Source: Neocallimastix sp. 'constans' (Eukaryota). From it: 64,000 nucleotides of DNA. Positions 11,875 through 28,779 of the stretch are shown here, piece after piece. The DNA is taken from the NCBI GenBank assembly GCA_050613775.1, contig JBODTK010000112.1:124001-188000 (forward strand), written 5' to 3'. A model generated the notes under the pieces. That model saw nothing but the letters and a program-made list of their open reading frames with translations, was not told the origin of the DNA and ran no database searches. Positions within the stretch are counted from its first letter, which is position 1; each line of letters opens with the position of its first letter. Both the position numbers and the translations under genes were made by a program.

Positions 11875-14775
11875 ATGAATGGGAATAATCAATTAATTAA
11901 TTTAATAAATAAATGCAATATTAAAGAATTGGAATTATTCATTAATGAAAATGTTACTATTTCAAGAAAATTAAAAAATAAATCTTTTGATATTTTGATT
12001 TATGCAATAGAATCGAAAGTATCATTAGAAAGTGTTAATTATTTAATTTATTATTATAAAAATTTAAATTTTGAAATAAAGGGAAATAAGATACCTTTAT
12101 ATTTAGCATTCAAACAAAATCGTTTTGCTTTAGCAACAATATTATTACAAAATAAAGCAGATATTAATTATATAGATAATTATGGGGAAAATATTTTAAT
12201 ATATCTTTATTATAATAATTGCTTAAATGAAAGAAATTTAAAATTCATTTTGAAAAAAGGTGTAGATATTAATTATAAGGATAGAAATCAGAAAAGTATT
12301 TTAGATTATTTAGTTTTTTCTCAGAAAATAAATTTAATAAGAATAATAATAGAACATACAATATATAATAAGAATTTTATTTTAAAAATGATATATTTAC
12401 ATAAAAATCAATTTAAGCTATCATCAAAAAATCTTGAAAAACTTCTGGTTTCCGAAAAAAATAAATTAAAAATTAATAAATATATGTATTTATCTTCAAT
12501 TAAAAATGATAATATAAATATATTTAAAATGCTATTTGAAAATGATAGAAATAGATATATTTTAAATATGGTTAAAGGTTATCATCTTATTGTTAAAGCA
12601 GCAGAAAAAGGAAATATAAATATAATCAAATATTTATTAAATAATGGTGAAAATATTAATGATACTGATATTAAAGGTAATTCTTCATTAATAGTAGCTT
12701 CGAAGTATGGTAATATGAATGTTCTTAAATTCTTATTAGAAAATGGAGCTAATATTAATTTAAAAAATAAAAATGGAAATGGACCATTAATGATTGCTAC
12801 TAAGTATAATCAATTTCTTACAATCAAATATTTGATAGAGAACGGTGCTAATATTAATGAAAGTTATCATAGTGGTTGGTCACCATTAATGATGGCCTCT
12901 AAAAATGGTAATCTTGAAATTGTAAAGTATTTAATTTTAAATGGAGGATTAATTCATTCTCAAAATGATCATGGGTGGACTCCACTAATGGCTGCTGCCG
13001 AAGGTGGTCATGTTGATGTTGTTAATTATTTAATACAATGCCATGCCAATGTTAATGTACGCAATCAAAATGGATGGACTTCACTAATGATTGCTTCGAG
13101 TAAAGGTTATGTTTCTGTAGTAAAAGAACTTCTTAAAAATGGTGCAGAATTTGACATTAATATTACTGATAAAATAGGTTGGACTGCTTTAATTATTGCA
13201 TCTCAAAATGGTTATAAATCTATAGTAGAAAGTCTTATCACCTCTTCTTCAACAATTAATATTAATTCAAAAGCAAATAACCAGTCGAGTGCTTTAACTT
13301 ATGCATGCCACTGTCATCATATTTCTATTGTGGAATATCTTTTAAAGCATGGTGCTGATATTCATAATAGAAATGATAAGGGTCAAACACCACTTCTGAT
13401 TTCTATTCAAAATAATTATATTGATCAAGTACAATTATTATTGGAATATGGAGCTGATCCTAATGATATGGATAATTCCCATACTACAGCTATTCTCATG
13501 GCTATTAAAAATGGTATCATTGCTAAAGAAATTATATATATTCTTATTAAATACCCAGTTTTTATCAATAAAAAAAATAATGATGGTGATTCACCATTAA
13601 TTATTGCAACTAGATTAGGTCTTTTAGATATTATACAATGTATAGTCGAAAAAGGTTCAGCAAATATTAATATTACTGATAAGAACGGTAATACAGCACT
13701 AATGATTGCAGCTTTTAATAATAATATTGATATAGTACGTTATCTGATTAAAAAAAATGCGGATATTTATCATATTTCTAATAATGGTAGTACAGCAGTT
13801 ATGGCTGCATGTCAAAGTGGTAATAAAGAAATTGTTCAATTCTTAATCGAAAATGGTGAAAATATAAATCGTAAAGATGTTAATGGTTATTCATTATTAA
13901 TGATGGCTTCACAAAATAACCATATAGGAATTGTAAAGTATTTACTCAATGAAGGAGTAAATATTTATGAAAAAAATATTGATGGTAATACCGCATTAAT
14001 TATAGCATCTGCAAATGGACATGATGAAGTTGTTAAACTTTTAATAGATGCTTACAATATGAATTTAAAAACAAAATATGACAATATAACTAAACCTATT
14101 AAAGATAACTATTTGGATTCATGTAATAAACTTTTATATACTCCTTTAATGTATGCTTCAGAAAATGGCCATTTAAAGATTGTCAAAATGCTTGTAAATA
14201 ATCTAGTTGATGTTAATATCAAGAATATTAATAATGATACCTCGTTGATGTTAGCTATTAAAAATAACTTTTCCGATATTGTAAAATTTTTAATTGAAAA
14301 TAAAGCCTGTATAAATGTTGCAAATAAAGAAGGAGAAACTCCATTACTATATGCAGTTAAAAAAGGTTACTTTGATATTATAAAATATCTAATTGAACAA
14401 GGAGTGGACATTAATAATTGTAAAACGAGACAAGGTAGTTCACCACTTATGATCGCTACTGAAAATGGCTATGAAAAAATTGTAAAATATTTAGTAGAAC
14501 ATGGTGCTAATATTAATGAAAAAAGAAAGCATAATCCATTCATTAAGAAGACTGTAGAAAATAAATATACCAGAATTATTCGCAAAGTTATGAAGGGTTT
14601 CATGAAGGATGAGGATCAATGTGGAACAACAGCTTTAATAATTGCCTACGAAAAGGGAAATAAAGAAATTGTTAAATATTTAATTGAGAATGGTGCAAAA
14701 GTTAATGAGAAATGTAATGATTACTGGAATTCTTTAACATGTACTCTCAGAAATGGTCATGATGACGTAGTATAA
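11875..14775 (+). CDS. Intronless ankyrin-repeat protein, 966 aa
   Basis: Roughly 20 ankyrin repeats (GWTPLMAAAEGGHVDVVNYLI, GNTALMIAAFNNNIDIVRYLI and others) follow a divergent N-terminal region. Confidence 0.93.
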   Translation: MNGNNQLINLINKCNIKELELFINENVTISRKLKNKSFDILIYAIESKVSLESVNYLIYYYKNLNFEIKGNKIPLYLAFKQNRFALATILLQNKADINYIDNYGENILIYLYYNNCLNERNLKFILKKGVDINYKDRNQKSILDYLVFSQKINLIRIIIEHTIYNKNFILKMIYLHKNQFKLSSKNLEKLLVSEKNKLKINKYMYLSSIKNDNINIFKMLFENDRNRYILNMVKGYHLIVKAAEKGNINIIKYLLNNGENINDTDIKGNSSLIVASKYGNMNVLKFLLENGANINLKNKNGNGPLMIATKYNQFLTIKYLIENGANINESYHSGWSPLMMASKNGNLEIVKYLILNGGLIHSQNDHGWTPLMAAAEGGHVDVVNYLIQCHANVNVRNQNGWTSLMIASSKGYVSVVKELLKNGAEFDINITDKIGWTALIIASQNGYKSIVESLITSSSTININSKANNQSSALTYACHCHHISIVEYLLKHGADIHNRNDKGQTPLLISIQNNYIDQVQLLLEYGADPNDMDNSHTTAILMAIKNGIIAKEIIYILIKYPVFINKKNNDGDSPLIIATRLGLLDIIQCIVEKGSANINITDKNGNTALMIAAFNNNIDIVRYLIKKNADIYHISNNGSTAVMAACQSGNKEIVQFLIENGENINRKDVNGYSLLMMASQNNHIGIVKYLLNEGVNIYEKNIDGNTALIIASANGHDEVVKLLIDAYNMNLKTKYDNITKPIKDNYLDSCNKLLYTPLMYASENGHLKIVKMLVNNLVDVNIKNINNDTSLMLAIKNNFSDIVKFLIENKACINVANKEGETPLLYAVKKGYFDIIKYLIEQGVDINNCKTRQGSSPLMIATENGYEKIVKYLVEHGANINEKRKHNPFIKKTVENKYTRIIRKVMKGFMKDEDQCGTTALIIAYEKGNKEIVKYLIENGAKVNEKCNDYWNSLTCTLRNGHDDVV

Positions 14776-14864
14776 TCACTTTAAAGATCTTTGTTTCAAT
14801 TTATTTTAAGTATATGAAAAAATAAATATCTCTAAAGATATTAGTTCCATATTATTTTAAATAT

Positions 14865-14900
<36 letters not shown>

Positions 14901-15506
14901 GTAATAATTATAATTATAATAATAATAATAAATAATAATTATAATAATAATAGTAAAGTACTAATTATAAAAAAATAATAATTATCAATAAAATTTTGAT
15001 ATAGTAATATTTTAAGTCTTATACATTACTATATTTATATTTATACTATAAATTATATGTAATAAGATAATGATTAATATATATATATATATAATTGAAT
15101 TTATATTAAATTATTCATTATATATATATATTTATTACTATTAAATATCAATAAAAATTATGAAGATTTATATCAAAAGATTTATAAACAATAATAATAC
15201 TTATTCATTATTATATATCTATTCAAAAATTCATTATAATTATGATTTAAATATTTATTTTATGATTATTATATTATCATTATTAAATTATATTTTTACC
15301 CATTAATAATATTTTAATTATAAATATATAAATATATATATATATAATTGAAGTAATAATAATAATATTAATATTAAAAATAGCAAAAAAAAAAAAAAAA
15401 AAAAAAAATAATAATAATAATAATAATAATAATAGTTATAATAATTATAAAATTTTTTAAAAATTAAAAATAAAAAGAAATCAAGAAAAACAAAAATATT
15501 GAAGCA

Positions 15507-15537
<31 letters not shown>

Positions 15538-16714
15538 AAAACATATTTCGTATAAGTTATTTAATTATTATTAATTATGATTTTTCAAATAATATTTATT
15601 ACTAATCTTTTTCGTTTAACTAACAACAATAGTAATAATCGCTTTTTACATTATGAATTTATAATAATAATTGATTATTTATAATAATGTTTCTTGGGTT
15701 TTTTTTTTTTTTTTTATTAAATTTCATTTTAAATATATATTTGTTAAAATATTATTATAAATTGTAAAAATACACAAGGATTTTACATTTGTTATATATA
15801 TTTTTTAATATTATGAAAATCCAAAATTGAATAATTATTAAAAAATAAAAGTTATAGAATTAATAAAAATATTTAATTAATATAAAATAAATGAAATAAA
15901 ATATAATTGTCAAAAAAAAAAATACTAAACAACATTAAAATAAAGTTTTAATAAGAAAAATTAATTTTTAAAAATTAATAATATGAAATAATGATATAAG
16001 AATTTTTTTTTTTAAAATAAATTAATTTTTAAATTTAAATTTTTTCATATTTCTTTTAATAATAAATTTAATAACCAAACTAAATAAATGTTTAATTTAT
16101 TATTAATAAATTAATAAAAATAATATAATAATTTTAAAATTTCAATTTTCAATATAATATATTAAAACTATATGTGTATATAAACATTTATTGAATTAAA
16201 ATTTAAATAATTTTAAAGTTCTTTTTTTTTTTATTAATATTATTCCTGAATATATGTAATATAAATATTTAAATACTTATATAAATATAAAATTTCTATT
16301 ATTTTAATATATTTAAATTCTAAAAGATACTTTTACAAATATTCAAAAAACGTATATTTAAATAATTATAAATTTCAATTTAATTTGAAGTGAAAAATTA
16401 CTTAAGAGGAAAAATTTATTTAAAAAATAATAAATAAATAAATAAATAAATAAATAAAAAAGGAATAATAAATAAAGAATAAAAAAAAAATAAATATAAG
16501 ATTTTTTTTTTTTTAATTTTTTCATTTTAAATAATTGAAAATTATATAGCACATTTTAATTAAATTATATTGAGGTGTTTATAAATAATTATGTTATACT
16601 GTTATAAACTGTAGAAATAAATAGCAATAATAATATAAATTATATATAAATAAATTGTGAAACTAAAACTTAAGTGCTAATTGCTTAAAATTATTAGATA
16701 ATAAATACACTCTA

Positions 16715-19060
16715 ATGGAAAGGACTAATAAAAAGATAAAAATTTGTGAAGATATTGAAAATAGACCTTTTGATTATTTCAATATAAGAAAAAGATTTTT
16801 TCCAAAATCAAAAAAACCTGTTGCAAATTTAACACGAACTATATTTAAAAAGCATATTCCTGAAAAACATCCTTGTATATATTGTCGTAGAAAAGAAGTT
16901 AATTTACAAAGATGTACTAATTGTAAAATTGCATTTTATTGCAGTAAAGAATGTCAAAAAAATGATTGGAAAAGAGTAAATAAAATACTTTTAATTTGAA
17001 TTGTTACAATATTTTATCATAAACAAATTTGTTAAATTTATTTAAATAATATTGATTATGATAAGTAAAAAGAAGTTACAGTATTCCTAAATTAAAATGT
17101 CATTAATTTTAAATATTTATTTATATAAATAATTATTACAATTAACGATAGCATAAAGAATTATGTAAAAGGGAAAAAGAATTACAAAATCAATTAAATA
17201 AAGGGGAAAAATATGTAAAAGTATATTCTTCAAAACACGTTATTAATATTAATACAGGACGGGTAAATTAAATAATAATTATAAATATATGTTTCTTATT
17301 ATAATAATATATATATATTAATTTTTCATATTTATAAATATATTTAAAATTTATCTTGTTCTTAATTTATATATATATATATATATATTTTAACAACAAC
17401 AACAACAAAAAAAAAAAAAAAAATAAAAATAATAATAATAATAAAATAAAATAAAAAGTTTAATCCTTATTTAAAAAATTTTATCAAACATGAAACTTTT
17501 CGAATTCAAAAATCAAAAGCTTTATTGGCAACACAGCAACAACAAGTACAACCAAATCAACAACAACAAAATGAACAGGATATACAAAATTTTTTCAACA
17601 ATTTACAAAGAAATAATAACAGAAGAAATGAAAAAAATTTAAATCCTCAGATTGAACTAGCTGAAAAAATAAGAAAAAAATATTTATCAAGTGAAGTTGA
17701 TTTTAAAGAATTTAAATCCATGGATGATGAAGAAGTCAGTGAGGCCATTTCGGAAGTATTGAATTTTAATAAGAAAAGTACTGAAGAAGATTCTATAATT
17801 ACTGAACCGATCACAGAAGAAAGTAATCCAGTTGAAGTTAATCCACTTGAAAAATTATATGAATATGAATTAAATGATTTGTTTAAAAATGTATATTGTC
17901 ATCCTTATTCAGGTGATATTATAAGACCTTTGTCAAGTAAAGAAGCCCTTTTTAAAAATAATCATTTTCCGAGTTTAACTGAATTAGCAAAAGAATCAAT
18001 AAGAACATCATTAATTGAAAAAGCAAAAAAATGTTATAGAAGTGATTCCAAAGGAAAACAGGAAGAAGGCTGTATTAGTAATTATTCAGAAATACAAAAT
18101 AAAATTGATTTATTATTAAATTTACCAGAAAAGGAAATAATTGAAATAATATTATATATTTTAACTGGAAGTAGTGAAGGTACCTTAGAATGTTATAGAC
18201 TTCCACCAGAAATTGTTATTGAATGTATAATTCGTTCACTTAATAGAATTTTACCATATAAGCATGATTCTTTATTTAATTTGGAATTTTTCCATTTATA
18301 TAGTTCTATTCATCTTTGTTTATATATTAATAATAATGATCAGCGTGAAGCTTTAGAAATTGCATATAATAGTTCAAGTAAGATGATTAATATTATAGAA
18401 AAGATAATTTATACTTCCGGCTTGAATTCATTAAAAAATAAAACATTTATAGGAAAGTGTTATATTTTACATGGCAGAACACTGAAAGTAGCAGAAAATT
18501 ACAATGATTCCATTCAGAGTTATAAAAAAGCTTTAGTTCTTTTAGATGATATTGTGAAATTACCATGTTGTTGGAAGGGACATGATAAATATTATTATTT
18601 AAGAAAAAATAGAAAATATTCACTAGAAAATATATGGTTGGTTTGTAGATGCTTAGAAGATTTAGGTATTTGTACTTATATAATAGGTGAAAGGCCGTTG
18701 GTTGCTCAATCTTATTTTAAAAGTAGTTTTAATATTATAAATAGATTTTGGGAACAGTTAAGACCCCCAAATACTAATGCTAACAATAACAACAATAACA
18801 ACAACAACAACAACAATAATAATAATATAAACATGAATAATAACAATAACAATCAAAGTATTGAGCCAATTAAAAGTGTTTGGGTTGATAATTTAGCTAA
18901 AAAGTATAATTTACCATTACCAATTGTTAATAATTTAAAAAATCGTATAGGCATTAATAAGAGAGGTGCATCTCTAATTGAATATGACCCTTTAATGGAT
19001 AGTATGCCACTTCAATTTGGAATGGCAGCAGCTGTATTCCAAAGACCACCACAAATTAGA

Positions 19061-19095
<35 letters not shown>

Positions 19096-19174
19096 CAACA
19101 ACAATAATAATAATAATAATAATATCAATGATGATAATAATGTCAATAATAATAACAACAATAACAACAACAAC

Positions 19175-19217
<43 letters not shown>

Positions 19218-19282
19218 TCAATGATGATAATAATGTCAATAATAATAACAACAATAACAACAACAACAACAACAACAACAAC

Positions 19283-19336
<54 letters not shown>

Positions 19337-21542
19337 GGCAATTATATTAACAATAATAATCATAATGAAGCACCAAGAATTAATAGTAATATAATTGAAA
19401 ATAATGAATTCAATTTTAATAAAAAAAGTTCTTTAATAAATAATAATTGTTCAAGTACTTCTCAAAACGATACAAGTCTAAATCAGTATAGACAAAATAA
19501 TAATAAATCATTATTTATCTCTGAAAATAGAAATAATAAGATGGATGATGACGTAAGAATGACTGAATCAACAAATAGATATCAAAATATACCTAGTGGA
19601 AGTGAAAGAAGAACTCAAGAATTAAATCACCATATATCATCTTTTTCTACTTCTATATCTAATTCTTCATCTTCAGATTTTTCATTGGAAGATAATTTAG
19701 ATCCTAATGCATCAACATCTTCTAATACAAGAACTAATCTATATCATGTAAGAGAAACCCACCAATTAAAGCCAGGAGAGAAGCCACTAGATACAACATT
19801 AGTTGATACTCTAGAAGGTATGAGTAATGGAAATCAATCAATACATCACTTAGAATACATACGAGATTTAGAGCCAAATGAACAATTACTGGAAAGTACT
19901 AAAATTGTTCATCGTATACCCTCTCTAAATCAGCTTCCTTCTAATACTAGAATTTTACATAAATTATCACCAGGTGAACGAATTCCTGAAGATTCAGAAA
20001 TCATTAGAATTTTAAATAGAAATGATAATTCACAAAAAAAGAGTCAAAATCAAGGCCAAAACCAAAACCAAAATCAAAATTCATATATTAATAATAATCA
20101 AAAACAGAATATAAATAATGCTAAGCAAAATCAATTATTAGAAAATATTGAAAACAAGATAATTCTTCCAAATCATTCATCAAATCAAGCTACTTCTAGT
20201 AATGTTAGTTCTTTAACCCCTACAATAAATGATAAGTTGGACATTTTGGAAAAGCAAGATATTAAAATGGAGTTCGATGATAATTCGTTAATGGATATAA
20301 GCAATTCTAATAATAATGATAATTCATTAATGGATTTAAGTAATTGTAATAGTAATGATAATTCAACAATGGAGTTGAGTCATTCCTATAATAATGATAA
20401 GAATAATAAATTAAATCATATTTTAGAAAATTCAGAATCAAATGATAATATTTTCAATTCTAATTTAGAAATTTTAACACGATCTTATCAATCATCTCAG
20501 TCATCACAATACTATCAATCATCTCAGTCATCACAATACTATCAATCATCTCAGTCATCACAACCTTATCAATCATCTCAGTCATCACAACCTTATCAAT
20601 CATCTCAATCATCACAATACTATCAATCATATCAACACTATCAATCATCACAACCTAATCAGTCATCCCAATCCTATCAATCATTACAATCACAATTATC
20701 ATTGTCGTCTCAATCACACCCACAATCTTATTCTCATTCTCATTCTCATTCACAATCACAATCACAATCACAATCACAATCACAATCACAATCACAATCA
20801 CAATCACAATCACAATCACAATCACAATCACAATCATATCAACAGTCTTTTTCTCACACTTCTACAAACTCTCAATCAAATCTACAAAATATATTTAGAA
20901 CTTTTACATCATCACAATTACAGTTACCAGAAGATCAACCACAAACAACTACTATTTATAATAGAATTTTTCCAAGTAATGAGTTAATGCCCAATCATAA
21001 TAACCGACGCCCATATCGTAATGGTAGAGGAGTTCATCAATTTCAACGTAATCGTCAATTACCTCAAGGAGCAGTCATTCCACAAAATGTAATGGAAGTT
21101 GGATATAATCATGATCCACCCAGTCAGGAAATTATTGGTATTCTTAATAATATACTTAATACTATAAATAGTACTGATTCAGATGAAACAGAAATTCAAC
21201 TTTCTATTACAACTAATCAAAATCAAAATATAGGGGGTGGGGGAGATAATGGCCAAAATCTTGATTTCCTTGATGATGATGACGTAAATCAAATTAATCA
21301 ATTAGAATTAGATCAAGAATTTGAAATAGAACATAATCATAGCATGAATATTAAAAAAGAAGAAATTGATAATAAAATTGATCCTTCTGTTGTAATGAAC
21401 AATGAATTTGATTCATCAAGTTCGAGTAGTAGCTTAAATCAAGAAAATGAAGAAGATATTGTAGATAGAAACGAAAATGAAAGTGAAAATGAAAATGATA
21501 ATGATAATCAGGAAAATAATGAAGAAAATGATAGTGATAGTG

Positions 21543-21589
<47 letters not shown>

Positions 21590-21880
21590 GAAAATCAGGA
21601 AAATAATGAAGAAAATAAATCTAATGATCTTATAGAATATCCATCGGAAATTAAAAGAGCTAGACCATGTAAATGCTGTCATTTAAAAACAAATGAATTT
21701 AGAGGAACTTGTTGGTATTCTCGTTATCAAATGTTTTTAATTACTTTAGCACATAAAGTATCAATGAAAAAGGTTCATTCAGATTGGCATTTTATTAAAC
21801 CAGATTTTACTGTTGATGGCTTGAAAATGTATCGTTTTATTCAACGAAACCAAGAAACATGGTGGGGTTTTAAAGAATAA
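16715..21880 (+). CDS. zf-MYND domain protein with TPR-like helical region and long low-complexity region, ~1597 aa; exons 16715-16975, 17152-17262, 17459-21880
   Basis: Exon 1 CIYC...CTNCKIAFYCSKECQKNDWKR plus exon 2 HKELC complete a MYND finger. Phase-0 GT-AG introns link these in frame to the 17525-21880 ORF. Confidence 0.85.
20486..20835 (+). repeat. Coding tandem repeats: 27-bp QSSQSSQ(Y/P)Y units and (TCACAA)n encoding (SQ)n
   Basis: Visible in both the DNA and the translation of the MYND gene. Confidence 0.85.
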
Positions 21881-21991
21881 TATATGTAAAATTAAAATTA
21901 TTAATAAAAAATTTATTATATATATATATATTTTTTATTATATATATATATTATTTAATATATATATATTATTTATCCTTATAAATATTTA

Positions 21992-22022
<31 letters not shown>

Positions 22023-22057
22023 CTTTTTTTTATCATTTATATATATATATATATATA

Positions 22058-22360
22058 TTACCAATATTTATTTTAATCATTTACAATAATTTAATATCAT
22101 CTAATTTTGAAGCTAAAATTATTTATTATTATTTTTTATTTTTTTTTTTATAATTTTTATTTATATTTATTTTTACCAATTATTTATTTTAATCATTAAT
22201 TTAATATCATCTAATTTTGAAACTAAAATTATTTATAATTATTATTTTTTTTATATAATTACCTTTTTTATAATTTTTATTTATATCTATTTTTACCAAA
22301 TTTTTATTTTAATCATTTATAGTAATTTAATATCATAATTTTTTAAAGCTAAAATTATTT
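22058..22360. repeat. Three degenerate ~118-bp tandem copies
   Basis: TTACCAA..TTTATTTTAATCATT..AATTTAATATCAT..AATTTT..AA(G/A)CTAAAATTATTT recurs at ~22058, ~22173 and ~22294. Confidence 0.7.
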
Positions 22361-22619
22361 TTTTTTTTTTTTTTTTGTTTTGTTTTGTTTTGTTTTTTTG
22401 TTTTTGTTTTTGTTTTAAAAAAATTTTTTTTTTTTGTATATAATTTTATATTATTATATATTATAATAAAAAATAGCAACAACAATAATAATAATTATTA
22501 TTATTATACTAAAGAAATAAAATAAAATAAATAAAATAGGACTTTAAAGTAAAAAAAATATAATTTTTAATCATTCAATAAATCAAATATATATTCATAT
22601 AATTTTAAATATTTTCATT

Positions 22620-22690
<71 letters not shown>

Positions 22691-23421
22691 TTAAATATAA
22701 TAAAAATTTATTGGAATAATTTATTCAATTTTTTACATATAAATTTTAAAAATATGATTTCAATGATAGATTATTCATTTTGATTTTTTCTTTTTTTTCC
22801 TTTTTTTTTTTTTAATGCTTTTAAATTTTATCAAAGTAAAAAAAAAAAAATAAATAAAAATAAATATATATTTATATATATATATATATATATATAAAGT
22901 TAACAATTGATATTCAGTCATTTATATATATATATTTTAATTAATTTATTACATAAATAATAAAATTTTTTAAAATAATTTTTTTTTTCTTTTTTTTTTT
23001 TTTTTTAATCTTTGATAATATATTAATTATGAAAAAAGAAATATATATTATTGTATTTCTAATTAATAATTATTACAAGAAAAATAAATAATTCTATAAT
23101 AAAAATATTTTATTATAAATTTATACCAATTCATATTTCTATTTTCTATTAATTTTCCAGATAGATTAAATATAAAAAACAAAAAAAAAAAAAAAATTTT
23201 ACATAAAGAAAAAAAAAAAAAAATAATTATTTTCATTTAAAAGCAAAATAATCAAAAATCACTAGTCTATATATGATTATATATATATTTTTTTTCTTAA
23301 TTAAAATTTAAATTTAAACTAATAATAATTATATATATAAATAAATATATGATAATACACATGTGTATATCTTTATATATATATATTTTTTTTATCCTAA
23401 AAAATTTTATAATTAGTAAAA

Positions 23422-26140
<2,719 letters not shown>

Positions 26141-26436
26141 GGTTTAAAATAATTATCTATTTATCCAATAATTCAGCTATAATATTACAATAATTAAATT
26201 TGTTTTATTCTTATTTTTTATTTTTATCTTTATTTTTATTATATATAAGTATAATAATATGTTATTAATTTTATATTATATAAATAATTTTTTTTTGTAT
26301 ACTTTATATAATATAAAAAGATGTATCATAATTCTTTATTACTGTTTTTTAAGTAGCTTGTTATTTGAAATAACCAAACAAAAAGATAAATAATATATAA
26401 TATAATAAAATAAAATAATAAATATATATATATATA

Positions 26437-26483
<47 letters not shown>

Positions 26484-26800
26484 GGAAAATATAAATAAAT
26501 ATAATATTATTAGAAATAAAAAATTTATAAATATATATATATTTAATATTGAAAGTTTTCCAATAGTAACATTGATGTTTCAATAAATATATATATATTT
26601 ATATAATAAAAGAAAATTTTAATTTTTTATTAATTTATAAAAAAAATAATAATAATAAACATATTAATAAAAACTATATTTATATATTTAAATATTATTA
26701 ATCTTCCCCTTTAATGATAATTTAAGAATAGTAACATATTTTATTTTAATAATAATATATAAATATGTAATCAAATAGTAATAATAATACTAATATAATA

Positions 26801-26843
<43 letters not shown>

Positions 26844-27340
26844 TTTTCGAAAATAAAACAAAAATTATTTAAATTTATAATTATTATATGAAAAATTTTG
26901 TATATAATTTCATTATAAAAATGAATAAATGAAAAAGGTAATTTATGGATACTACAGCAAATGGTAGTTCAACTTTAACTTTATTTTTAAAAAAATCAAA
27001 TTATAAAATATATTTAGAAATCACATTTTTTATTTATGGTAAAAATAAAAATAAAGCATTTTCATAATTTAAATTATTATATATATTAAATTTTATTTTT
27101 ATTTTTCTTTTTATTGAATGAAATAAACTTATTAATATATTTTCATAATTATTTCAATAATATTATAAAAATAATATAATATTTAAAAAATAATATTATA
27201 TTATAAAAAATAAACTTTATATATATATGCATAATAAAATAAAATAAAATAAAATATATATATATATTATTAATATAATAAATGTATATATATTATTATT
27301 TATTATTTTTATTTTAATAAATATATATTAATAAAATTAA

Positions 27341-27390
<50 letters not shown>

Positions 27391-27445
27391 TTTTGATTTG
27401 ATTATAATAATTGTTGGTCGTAATACAAAGAAACTTTTTATAATC

Positions 27446-27488
27446 TTTGAATCTTGAAAAAGTTAGAATAACTTTTTCAAGATTCAAA
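27446..27488. repeat. Perfect inverted repeat, 20-bp arms, 3-nt loop
   Basis: TTTGAATCTTGAAAAAGTTA-GAA-TAACTTTTTCAAGATTCAAA. Confidence 0.9.
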
Positions 27489-27836
27489 TTTAATATTAGT
27501 AATTAATAATTATTAATATATATATATGAAAATAAGAAAATTATTTATCGAATATAATGGGTAAATTTCCTAAAAAAAAAAAAGTTTAAAAATTGCTTTA
27601 CTATATTAAAAAAAAAATAAAATAAAATAAAATAAAATAAAATAAAATAAAATAATCGTTTATTATAATGTTTTTATATTTAATAATACTTTATTAATAT
27701 TTCTTTTTAATTTCAGGAAAAAAAAAAAAAAAAAAAACATTATTCATATGTAATAAATTATAAAACTTTAATCTGTAAAATCATTAGTAAATAATTAAAT
27801 TATTTTTAATTATAGTTTATTCATATCTTATAATAT

Positions 27837-27839
<3 letters not shown>

Positions 27840-27871
<32 letters not shown>

Positions 27872-28088
27872 AATTTATTATCTTTTTAATAATATAATAA
27901 TAAAAGCTTTTACCCACATATGTATTAATATTATATTCTATACATTACAAATATAACTAAATAAATTTTTTTTTTTTTTTTTTTTTTATAAAATTTATTA
28001 TCTTTTTAATAATATAATAATAAAAGCTTTTACCCACATATGTATTAATATTATATTCTATACGTTACAAATATAACTAAATAAATTT
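27840..28088. repeat. Recent 120-bp tandem duplication
   Basis: polyT-ATAAAATTTATTATC...TACCCACATATG...AACTAAATAAA occurs twice with one visible substitution (tacattac/tacgttac). Confidence 0.9.
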
Positions 28089-28647
28089 TGTATAAAGTAA
28101 ATAATTATATATATTAATAATAGTAATTGATAATAATAATTATAAAACTGTTATTTTTATATTATAATTAATTCAATCATTGATTTATATAAGATCAATT
28201 TTATTTTATCAATGAATAATTAAAACAGATGTTTTATATATATTATAAGATATTGTATTTTATAAAATTAATATATAGATTGGCATTATAGTTTTTTAAT
28301 TATTTATTCTTATAATTTACCAATTGAACTATAAAAATTTTTTACAATATACAAAATTAAAAATTATTAAATTTTATCCATAATTATCCATTATTTGTAA
28401 TTGTATAAATTAAAATCTTTATTAAAACTCTCTTAAAAATGTATTAATAAAAAAAACTATAAATTTATATTAAAAATATTTATATATTAGAAATTTTATT
28501 CTATATTATTATATTAAGTATGTTAAAGATATTTAATAAGTATTAAAAAAAAATTAATTGTTTTTAATTAAAGGAATTTCGAGTTTTTTACATATAGCAA
28601 TCTTAAAATTGAAATTAAATAATTATTATTTTATTTATAAATAGTCA

Positions 28648-28686
<39 letters not shown>

Positions 28687-28779
28687 TTAACTCCTTTATA
28701 TATATATATATATTTAAATTAATAAATCATCCTTTTTGAAATAAATAATTAAAAAAAATAATAAATAAATTAATCAAAA

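Noticed and set aside
18992..21682. Poly-I, poly-L and (IV)n ORFs overlapping the MYND gene
   Set aside because: Off-frame or antisense translations of poly-Asn and (SQ)n codons.
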